64,000 nucleotides of DNA from positions 124,001 to 188,000 of the forward strand of contig NIVC01000597.1 of NCBI GenBank assembly GCA_002269645.1. Reading direction: 5' to 3'. The position numbers were made by a program, and so were the translations under genes. Below, in pieces: positions 13,401-30,848 of the stretch (position 1 is its first letter; each line of letters begins with the position of its first letter). The stretch comes from Macrostomum lignano (Eukaryota). Under the pieces are notes generated by a model. The model ran no database searches. It saw nothing but the letters and a program-made list of their open reading frames with translations, and had not been told where the DNA came from.

Positions 13401-16400
13401 GGGCCTTCATCTGTGCAATTCTGGTCAATGCAAATTTGAGAGGGCGGAGAGGCAGGGTGAGAGAGAAAGGGACAAGGGTAATGCAAGGGGATCTGGGTGG
13501 CACTGACGTCATACCCTTAGGATGTGACACTGCAGGGGGCTCGTCCTTAGTCAGCAGACTAAAGGGGCGCATGAAAATTCTGTTATCCGGCTTAAGAGAG
13601 GCGGAGAGAGAGGGGGGAAATGGGTGGCATGCAAAAAAGGGAATATTTGGGCAGTCCCAGCATCCCATGCTGCATCAGCTGAGTCAGAGCCTGGCTTCCT
13701 ACTGCATGCCGGCAAAGTTGCCGGTCATGGCTACCCACAGAGTTCATTGTGGCAGTAACTTATTAAAAATTAGAAAAAGTCATGCGACTGATTTGTGATA
13801 ATCATACGGCAGTTTTGAGATAGTCATGCCACTGATTTGTGATAGTCATACGGCAGTTTTGAGATAGTCATGCCACTAATTTGTGATAATCATATGGCAG
13901 TCTTGAGATAGTCATGCGACTGATTTGTGGTAATCATATGGCAGTTTTGAGATAGTCATGCCACTGATTTGTGATAATCATATGGCAGTTTTGAGATAGT
14001 CATGCCACTGATTTGTGATAATCATACGGCAGTTTTGAGATAATCATGCGACTGATTTGTGATAATCATATGGCAGTTTTGAGATAATCATGCGACTGAT
14101 TTGTGATAATCATATGGCAGTTTTGAGATAATCATGCGACTGATTTGTGATAATCATATGGCAGTTTTGAGATAGTCATGCCATTGATTTGTGATAATCA
14201 TATGGCAGTTTTGAGATAGTCATGCCACTGATTTGTGATAATCATATGGCAGTTTTGAGATAGTCATGCCACTGATTTGTGATAATCATATGGCAGTTTT
14301 GAGATAGTCATGCCACTGATTTGTGATAATCATACGGCAGTTTTGAGATAATCATGCGACTGATTTGTGATAATCATATGGCAGTTTTGAGATAATCATG
14401 CGACTGATTTGTGATAATCATCCGGCATTTTTGCCTCCTCCTCGCAAGGATTGACATCAATTCAACCATCCTTGATTCCATTTTTGTCACAACCCCTGAT
14501 AGTGCTACTACTCAGTAGTCAGTATAGAATAGCATGCAAATTGCTGTCGCATCCCGCAGGCAACTGGAGCGGCTCCTCGGCGTCCAGCAACCGGACTCAG
14601 GACTCGAGGGCCTTCAATAAACAGCTGTCTGGTTCCTCAACCTCGAAGGATTCCGCACTGGAGTTGAAGTGAGTAAATGAATAAAATCACGTGACAGATT
14701 CTAGATATTCTAGATAGTCACGTGACAGATTCTAGATATTCTAGATAGTCACGTGACAGATTCTAGATATTCTAGATAGTCACGTGACAGATTCTAGATA
14801 TTATAGATAATCACGTGACAGATTCTAGATATTCTAGATAATCACGTGACAGATTCTAGATATTCTAGATAATCACGTTACAGATTATAGTTATTCTAGA
14901 TAGTCACGTGACAGATTCTAGATATTCTAGATAGTCACGTGACAGATTCTAGATATTCTAGATAATCACGTGACAGATTCTAGATAATCACGTGACAGAT
15001 TCTAGATATTCTAGATAATCACGTGACAGATTCTAGATATTCTAGATAATCACGTGACAGATTCTAGATATTCTAGATAGTCACGTGACAGATTCTAGAT
15101 ATTATAGATAATCACGTGACAGATTCTAGATATTCTAGATAATCACGTGACAGATTCTAGATATTCTAGATAATCACGTTACAGATTATAGTTATTCTAG
15201 ATAGTCACGTGACAGATTCTAGATATTCTAGATAGTCACGTGACAGATTCTAGATATTCTAGATAATCACGTGACAGATTCTAGATAATCACGTGACAGA
15301 TTCTAGATATTCTAGATAATCACGTGACAGATTCTAGATATTCTAGATAATCACGTGACAGATTCTAGATATTCTAGATAATCACGTGACAGATTCTAGA
15401 TAATCACGTGACATAAGATGTCAACCAACACTTAATCATCGCAGATTCGAGGACTCTGACAACCACCAGCCACCACCGCCGTCGCTGCCGCCGCCGCCGC
15501 AGACGCCAACGCTGTCGCTGCTCTCCACGGCCCCGTCAAACGCGGCCGGAGTCAGCCGGTCTCGAAACTCCAGCAGCAGCGGCGGCGGCGGCGTCGCCCC
15601 GGTGCCGCCCAGGCGGTCCACCAGCCTGCGAAAGAGCGGCGGCTGCGGCAGCAGTGCAGCTTTGGCCTCCTCGGAGCCAGCGGCTTCGGAACCCGTCTAT
15701 GCCCAGGTGAACAAGCAGGTGCTGCCGTCTACGCCGCCACCACCGCCGCCACCGCCGCCGCCTCCGCCGACATCAACGCCATCACCGTCCAACATGACGA
15801 CGTCGATGCCGCCAGCAGCTAGCAGTCGCCTCCTTGACCAGATCTCCGAGGCCACCGACCGAGAGGAGACGGCGGCGGCGGCTGCGGCGGCTGCAGCAGC
15901 TTCAGCGACGATGCTCCTTGCGCCACGTCGGCTAGCCGGCAGTCGCATCTCGGAGTCCCGCTCGACGCCCAGCATCTCCAGATTGAGCGGCGGTGCTCCA
16001 CCGACTCAACCGCAACCGCCTTCTCTGGCGCTGTTGAAGTCTCCACCGATGCCGTACAAAGTTGGCGGTCGATCGACTACTTTTTCGGCGACCGCTTCGG
16101 CCGCCGCGCCTGAACCGACGAGCTGCTCCGCCTCGTCCGGCGAAAGCTGGCGGATCATCCGGGACGCGCAGGCGAAGCTGAGTCACCTGGACAGACTCAG
16201 TAGTGACCTGCTGAGTCGGGCTGCCTCTGACGGCGGCGACGCCTGCCCGTTCGACGCCGCTCCGTCGCTTTTACCGCCACCGTCGCCTCCTCCGCCGCTG
16301 CCGCCGCCGCCGCTTCAGCTGGACAAGGAGGCTGCGGTAGCCAGTCCGGCGACCTACCAGAAGCTCTACGCACTGCGGCGGGGCAGCAGCAGCAACAACA

Positions 16401-16591
16401 GCGGCGGCGGCGGCGGCACGGTAGCCATTCGACAGCAGAGAAGGCCGGGTGCGACTCCAGCCTCGGACACGTCGTCAGTGGCAACGACCGTGTCGGACGA
16501 TACGGAGTCGCGATGCAGTGAGCTGCACGACGAGAGCGCCGTGCTCCGCTACTTGAGAGACGTTCGCGCCGCCTGCAGCGAGTTCGGCTAA
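1..16591 (+). CDS. Partial (5'-open) Pro/Ser-rich low-complexity protein, spliced; exons <1-1012, 14560-14668, 15445-16591
   Basis: Frame 1 is open from base 1 through the 163..1107 ORF, with donor G|GTGAG at 1012/1013 (phase 1). Exon cgcag|14560-14668|gtgagt runs phase 1 to 2 (NWSGSSASSNRTQDSRAFNKQLSGSSTSKDSALEL). Acceptor cgcag|15445 (phase 2) joins the frame of ORF 15602..16591, ending at TAA. Additional exons within the 13.5-kb intron cannot be excluded. No domain recognised. Confidence 0.65.
1545..2530. repeat. CT-rich minisatellite, ~21-23 bp unit (ctctctgactgtctgtctcacc-like)
   Basis: Direct tandem repetition; source of the spurious RQTVREGRDRQSE ORFs. Confidence 0.95.
3017..3348. repeat. 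16-bp minisatellite (gatctatcaatctact)n
   Basis: Tandem repetition. Confidence 0.95.
3912..4515. repeat. 7-bp satellite (ctgactc)n
   Basis: Tandem repetition; source of ORF 3777..4520. Confidence 0.95.
4995..5340. repeat. 22-bp minisatellite (tgtcagattggcgctaaatttt)n
   Basis: Tandem repetition. Confidence 0.9.
5950..6425. repeat. Purine-rich (GA) low-complexity tract
   Basis: gagaggagag-type repeats. Confidence 0.9.
7207..11867 (+). mobile_element. Full-length Ty3/Gypsy LTR retrotransposon, Mag-like
   Basis: 5' LTR 7207-7520 and 3' LTR 11555-11867 (TGT...ACA; 6 substitutions plus 1 indel by eye). 5-bp TSD AGAAT at 7202-7206 and 11868-11872. PBS TGGCGACGAG at 7522-7531; PPT AGGGGGGAAG at 11545-11554; single gag-pol ORF. 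Confidence 0.98.
7521..11528 (+). CDS. Gag-Pol polyprotein (1335 aa): Gag with two zinc knuckles, aspartic protease, RT, RNase H, integrase
   Basis: CASCGGAHSRQQC and CHACGKTGHIRKVC knuckles; FVIDTGSAVT protease; KLDLSNAF and VFVDDILV RT; ECDASPYG RNase H; HQAH..CRTC plus HIDFAG/SDNGPQF/AERFV integrase. PR-RT-RH-IN order; no stops or frameshifts. Confidence 0.98.
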   Translation: MATSSALGGIPILTANTNIEVWLERLDHYFTCKEVKEEAKVATLVTAIGEEAYTVLRNLCLPAKVSDKSLAQLTKILEDHYAPKPSELAARFRFQRRLQQPGESLAEFVASLKALSSHCNFSASPCEHCHFGGTLDERLRDQLVFGLHSDAYRAKLLEEKNPTFNSLQERVLSLEAVERSSSEMAQKSAAQVAQLLAHQLNKRQGPKPALEGSQQRKGGGNNSRSGVGSSGNTGNTGSGTCASCGGAHSRQQCKLRDAKCHACGKTGHIRKVCRSAKLHFLQEATPTPPPEASAQLPIFAVQPAGGHAGPTVQLQVNGQPCRFVIDTGSAVTLMPEFLQLMLLPRLSMSPSVAVLRTFTDEQFRPLGQALVSVQQDGQQLQLPLLIVKHGDTALLGRDWLAKLRLDWPSIMAQVHAVHDSEDIGSIVKEFAPVFEDGLGEFRHGQVRLQVSEDAQPRFFKARPVPYALRERVDAELQRMESSGIITAVKHSDWAAPIVPVVKKDGSVRICGDYKLTYNAASKPEHYPLPRIEDLFAKLGGGCKWTKLDLSNAFLQLPLADDSKAFLTINTPRGLFQVNRLPFGITSASAIFQRTLDTLLGDLDAVQVFVDDILVTGSTLQQHKRNLALVLRRLKDAGLRLNKEKCKFFEDSVEYLGHRIDASGLKPLPDRVAAVQDAPAPKDVSQLCSFLGMLAQYCKFLPNLSTVLAPLHQLLAKNTRWSWRPPQQQAFAEAKRLLLESPVLVHYNPNLPLRLECDASPYGLGVVLTHRIDDKDCAVAFASRSLTAAQRGYSQLDKEALAIMFGLHRFHQFLYGRRFTIVTDHLPLLGLLGERKGIPAHAAARMQRWAIRLSSYDYTLEFRPTEKHANCDSLSRLPLPHLFEEEPAVNSLLLDEGSGSAITALAVARHTRTDVSLGRVLRCLQTGAPIGDDLSDFARRQSELSVDQDCVLWGARVVVPTALRRRVIQELHQAHPGISRMRALARSYVWWPGLDGDLEAAAKSCRTCQLNQPDPPKAPVQPWPLPSEPWERLHIDFAGPVDGHTYLVVVDAHSKWPEVQRMRGTTSAATIAALREMFARQGIPRTLVSDNGPQFASAEFAEFTRANGIRHVFSAPFHPATNGQAERFVQVLKRHLLKSGHSDVELQRLLLSYRNTPHSISGAAPSQLLIGRRLRCRLDLLAPSLADDVQRRQERQLQGHRPAREFQPGDHVLLRDYSAGAKAGDTPRWAEGVVTGAGSRNYTVDSERGQHFRHADQLVAARADSADTVHPPPATDDGAALSDSGVQSADAAAVADTACAASSGTDDEHASGVRHEPGTTRRYPLRVRGPPQRLQL
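13790..14420. repeat. 44-bp minisatellite (tgataatcatatggcagttttgagatagtcatgccactgatttg)n
   Basis: Tandem repetition, no unique spacers. Confidence 0.95.
14686..15412. repeat. ~31-bp minisatellite (tcacgtgacagattctagatattctagataa)n filling most of the last intron
   Basis: Tandem repetition; units carry the palindromes CACGTG and TCTAGA. Confidence 0.95.
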
Positions 16592-16610
16592 GCTCAGCCC
16601 GGGGCGGGGC

Positions 16611-16951
16611 TTTGACTTAGCTGACTTAGCTGCAGGGCGGTCCGAAGACGCAGCGGGGAGGCGAGCGTCGCCCATTCCGCTAATCCCTGAAAGACCCGCA
16701 TAGGCTAGGGCGCGGGGCCGGTCAGGGAGGTCTGCCGGTCCTGTCTGCAGCGTTGTCTTCGGTGGGGAAGACGGAGGCTCGCTTGGTGGCCCGGAGGAAC
16801 CGGATGAGCCGTGGGATGTTCTCGGGCCGGCAAACGTCGTCCAGGGACGGGTTGGGCCCGAGGTGGTTGAGCCGGTCTCGGTTGAAGGCCGGGCAGTAGC
16901 AGACGAAGTGCATGGCATCTTCATTCTCGAGGCTGCAGAAGGGGCAGAGAA
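16611..16951 (-). mobile_element. 5'-truncated LINE (3' end of ORF2 with CCHC motif, probably I/Nimb-like)
   Basis: Minus-strand frame LCPFCSLENEDAMHFVCYCPAFNRDR...RFLRATKR (C-x2-C-x8-H-x4-C). Tail (cagctaagt)2-caaa. 10-bp TSD GGGGCGGGGC at 16601-16610 and 16952-16961. Confidence 0.85.
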
Positions 16952-17269
16952 GGGGCGGGGCGCTCTAAGAATTTTAGTATATAGGACTAGCAGGTGCGAC
17001 CCCCTTGGGGTCTAACTGTCATGTATAGATTGTATAGACGGTTCTAGCCGTGCCTTAGCTATCGGGGGTCAGGCGGGACTGAACTGCTTATTAATTATAT
17101 AATTTTCCTTTAATCTTCTCAAGGACTTCTGAGGACTACCAGCGTACTATAAGTTACCTACTGGGCCCAGTTTTAACTTGAGCATTTGCCGCTTCTACTT
17201 TTGTGCTGCTTTGGCTGACTCTCTTCTCACAATTCGATCAATCTGTGCCGATCTTACTCTCTACCCTTC

Positions 17270-17650
17270 CCTCTCTCCGCTCTGACCTCTGCCCTCTCTC
17301 CGCTCTGACCTCTGCCCTCTCTCCGCTCTGCCCTCTGCCCTCTCTCCGCTCTGACCTCTGCCCTCTCTCCGCTCTGCCCTCTGCCCTCTCTCCGCTCTGC
17401 CCTCTGCCCTCTCTCCGCTCTGCCTCTACCCTCTCTCCGCTCTGCCCTCTGCCCTCTCTCCGCTCTGCCTCTACCCTCTCTCCGCTCTGCCTCTACCCTC
17501 TCTCCCACTTTCCTCTCTCCCCCGCTTTCCCCTCTCTCCCCCGCTTTCCCCTCTCTCCCCCGCTTTCCCCTCTCTCCCCCGCTTTCCCCTCTCTCCCCCG
17601 CTTTCCCCTCTCTCCCCCGCTTTCCCCTCTCTCCCCCGCTTTCCCCTCTC
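17270..17650. repeat. CT-rich minisatellites (ctctctccgctctgcc / cccgctttcccctctct)
   Basis: Tandem repetition. Confidence 0.9.
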
Positions 17651-18335
17651 TCCTCTTTGCTGTCTTCCCCTCCGCCCCCCCTCTCTTCACAAAAATTTAC
17701 AAAACGCAGATTGCTTTGTGGTAAAGGAGATTTTCAGCAGCGGACACAAAAAATAAATATTCTCACTTTACACAGCGGGAAACTTGACTATATAAGATAC
17801 ATATTAAACAATTTATAGCTTAACATAGCTTCTTTTTTCGGAGTGGGCAGTCCTTCTCACTTTTAGACGTTCTTGCTTCCCATTCTATTATTACCATCGG
17901 ATGTACATAAACTATTAATTCTAACTGCTTTTTTCTTTTATCTCTGACTGCATGAGTTTTATTCAATAATTTGTGTATTTCCCAAGAGAATGTTTCCAGC
18001 TCTTTTTGGCTTCCTGACTCGCCGTAAGTGAAAGAATTAATGTGGAAGATGAGCACGTGTTTAAAACACCTTAACTCGATGATGACAACACATTTCTGAT
18101 TGTTAAGTTATGATTTAAAGTTGTCACTCTGATTTAATTCAGCGTCATTGACCGCTGTTAAAACATACACATTGACTCAAAATGCACACTCATAATATAT
18201 AATATATACAACGTCATCATTGCCCAGTTTCATGTGCAAAGTTGCCAGCATATGGACAGAATATTTCCAAACTTCAACTTCAACTTCTACTTATTAGTAA
18301 CATGTTAATAATATAAATATTATAACTACAGACTG

Positions 18336-18700
18336 CGGGGGGCCGTAGCCCAGCGGTCTAGCGCAGGCTCTGGTGTGCCAGCGACCCAAGCTCGATTCCA
18401 AATGCAGTCACATTAATTTGGGGCTGAATTGGAATTTCGGCTTGGCTCTGCTCGTGCAATTAACGGCCTTGAGAGCCAACCCCCCAAGGCGCAGTGAAGT
18501 GTACATGCCTAACGATAATATAAAGTTAGGGCCGCTGTACACTCCTGTGTGAGTGTGTGCCTGCGTACGTATCCGCGCGCTTGTGTGCCTGCTCAGGGGA
18601 GTCGGCGGAATGGGCAGTAATGCCTCTCGCCGGTTGTGTGCCTATGTCGCTTAAAGTGCGCCAGGGTGCACACAACCCCCCTGCCTCTAATAAAAATAAA
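18336..18700 (+). mobile_element. tRNA-derived SINE (365 bp)
   Basis: Head GGGGGCCGTAGCCCAGCGGT (A box) ... GCTCGATTCC (B-box-like); A-rich tail taataaaaataaa; 12-bp TSD AACTACAGACTG at 18324-18335 and 18701-18712. Confidence 0.85.
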
Positions 18701-18924
18701 AACTACAGACTGTTGTATATTGAAAAGGCGCACACTAAGTCATTTAGATTTAAATTTATAAACAATGACATCAGCTCAAACACCAGAGAACTTTGAGCGA
18801 TATGGACATTTTAAAATATGAAAAACAAAAGTTTAAGCCAAATATTAAACAACCTGAACATTCAATAAATTTATTGGCTACGTAGCATCGGTACGTGCAA
18901 CCCGAAATAATTAGCAAAAATAAA

Positions 18925-19162
18925 CACCCTCCTAACAATTAGCAACCATAAACACCCTCCTAACAATTAGCAACCATAAACACCCTCCTAACAATTAGCA
19001 ACCATAAACACCCTCCTAACAATTAGCAACCATAAACACCCTCCTAACAATTAGCAACCATAAACACCCTCCTAACAATTAGCAACCATAAACACCCTCC
19101 TAACAATTAGCAACCATAAACACCCTCCTACCAATTAGCAACCATAAACACCCTCCTAACAA

Positions 19163-19180
<18 letters not shown>
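18925..19180. repeat. 28-bp minisatellite (aattagcaaccataaacaccctcctaac)n overlapping the TLR stop codon
   Basis: Tandem repetition; last TLR codons GGT GTT TAT GGT TGC TAA are part of the unit. Confidence 0.95.
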
Positions 19181-28077
<8,897 letters not shown>

Positions 28078-28590
28078 CAGCAAGCCTGGCCTCTGAGCGG
28101 TTTTGGCAAGCCTGAATTCTGCTTCGACTGTGTATTAATTGCATTCAGGTGGCAGGGGCTGTTTGCGCTTTACAAACTACCTGTGTCTGTCTGCCTGTCT
28201 ACCCTGCCCAAGGTAAATGTGCAATATTGTGTGCGCATCCGAGCATTTGTGCAGCTGTGTGCATCAGGTCTAGCTAAACAAGCTTTTTCAATGCACAGCT
28301 AGATGGACGAAATGGATGTTTGTTTAGTCATAAAAATGTATATAGATGGTCTATTTCGCTACTTACAGTAGCACAATTTATTCTATTTTATCTCGGATTT
28401 TTCTTACTAAACGGGTTCAATTTCTTTAGACGAATAGTCTATGGTAAAACCTCCTCACTTAATCGCTAGCTGGCTGGCGGTAGCTTCCCCGACTGCCAGT
28501 TCAGCAGCCTCTAGCACTCCATTACCTATCAGTGATTAGTGCATCGCTTGGCCTTGGGAAACACTACGAGTTTTATTTTAATTAAGAAAT

Positions 28591-30265
28591 ATGAAAAACC
28601 TTTGCGATGAGGCTGGCAGCGCGGCAAGTTCGGCAGCCCTGTTGGAGCTGGAGTCTGCGCTGCAATGCTGCAGCTTGTCAACGAATGGGGCCTACTTGGT
28701 GACGTATTCCGAGGGTGAGAAAGTGCTTGATGTACTTTTTAGTTTATTGTAGCACATGCAATTATCAGATAAATTGTGTTTGTAAATTGTACATTGTAAA
28801 TGTGAGTTTAAGCTATTACTAATAATATTATTAACAATAATAATAATAATAATAATTCCTTAAAATTGCAGTACGAGACGATTGCTCCATCATTCGTCGT
28901 CAGTTGGTCAGCGGTCAGCTGGTCCACCGCTGGCAAAGTTGCTTGCGCAGCGGCGAAGTTCTGGTACAGCTGATGCACAAGTCTGATAAGGTGAGCGTGC
29001 GGACCACCTGAGCCCAGATTTGTTTGCCTTTTTTGTCGTTTTGACTAAAGTTAAGTTAACTTCCAAGTGGAACCTAATCTAAACCAGATTTAATTACTCC
29101 TCCTTGCTATGCTGGCCACAGTCAGTGTCTCTCCACTGGCACCAGATTTAATTGCTCCTCTCGCTATACTGGCCACAGTCAGTGTCCCTCCACTGGCACC
29201 AGATTTAATTGCTCCTCTCGCTATGCTGGCCACAGTCAGTGTCCCTCCACTGGCACCAGATTTAATTGCTCCTCTCGCTATGCTGGCCACAGTCAGTGTC
29301 CCTCCACTGGCACCAGATTTAATTGCTCCTCTCGCTATACTGGCCACAGTCAGTGTCTCTCCACTGGCACCAGATTTAATTGCTCCTCTCGCTATACTGG
29401 CCACAGTCAGTGTCCCTCCACTGGCACCAGATTTAATTGCTCCTCTCGCTATACTGGCCACAGTCAGTGTCCCTCCACTGGCACCAGATTTAATTGCTCC
29501 TCTCGCTATACTGGCCACAGTCAGTGTCCCTCCACTGGCACCAGATTTAATTGCTCCTCTCGCTATGCTGGCCACAGTCAGTGTCTCTCCACTGGCACCA
29601 GATTTAATTGCTCCTCTCGCTATGCTGGCCACAGTCAGTGTCCCTCCACTGGCACCAGATTTAATTGCTCCTCTCGCTATGCTGGCCACAGTCAGTGTCT
29701 CTCCACTGGCACCAGATTTAATTGCTCCTCTCGCTATACTGGCCACAGTCAGTGTCTCTCCACTGGCACCAGATTTAATTGCTCCTCTCGCTATGCTGGC
29801 CACAGTCAGTGTCTATAATTGCACTTTCCAACCTGTCGTCGCCTATACCGCTAGATCCAGGCCTTCTTATCGGCGCACGGCTGTCCGCTACTGCCGCTGC
29901 AAGAAGGCGCCGAGAACTTGGACTGGTGCAGCCTGCGCTCCCGGTTCCTGGGGAACTGGTGCAATATTCTTAACGTAATGCGCTACATGCAGAGGAAGTG
30001 TCCCGGACTGAGCCTGCAGTGCCTCGGCGCAGGTACAGGAGAGGCTATTGTTGACGGCCTCGATGCTAAGGTGAGCCTTGATCACTTTGTAATGTAGGCA
30101 AATATTTAGAACTTGCGCAGATCTATACGACTCTTCTGTCCGTATCACGCAGAGATCGCGGAAACTAATGCTCGCATCGGTGGCCCAGTGCCTGGCGCTG
30201 CTCTACTGGGAGAAGATTCTTGCTCAGCCGCAACAGTCGGGAACAGAAGAACAAGGGTGTCGAAT

Positions 30266-30298
<33 letters not shown>

Positions 30299-30808
30299 AA
30301 ATCACTATACTCAGTACCAACATTCGCTTGACTTTAACAATAATGCTGGCCAGGCCGCAACGCAGCGGCAGCAAGGTTCCAGTCAGCCGAAGAGGCGTCG
30401 TCAGCTGCAACCGAAAATCGACCGATTAAAAGACGGCGCCAGAGTCACGTGCGTCTACGACACAACGACTGAGGAGTCAGCGGCGGCGGCTAAATCTGTT
30501 GTCGCTGGCGTTGCCGTAGCATCGGGCGCCAAACCTCAAACTGGCGGTTCGACAGCCTCCGCAGCTGGCGGAGCTCACGGAGACTGCAGCGTTGTCGCTA
30601 ATTCGTTCGCCTGTCCAACTGTGAGCGCCAGCACGTTGAAAAGTGTCATGCAGCACTTGGACTCTATGCGGTCTATTCTGGACGTGGTAGGAGCCATCCT
30701 GACTGAGGCCGCCGGTCAGGACAAAGTGGAGCAGCAGCAGCAGCAGACAGGAAACAGTCCTCAAGCTGGTAAAACATCGCCGTTGTTGCAGAAGCTTCAG
30801 CAGTATGC

Positions 30809-30848
<40 letters not shown>

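Noticed and set aside
13790-14420. Regularly spaced repeats resembling CRISPR arrays (also 21235-22326, 29085-29815)
   Set aside because: No unique spacers, no cas genes, eukaryotic intron context
28591-28714. WD40/WRAP73-like resemblance of CCSLSTNGAYLVTY
   Set aside because: Single short similarity; later exons lack WD repeats
29090-29978. 19-aa repeat ORFs on both strands
   Set aside because: 57-bp intronic minisatellite
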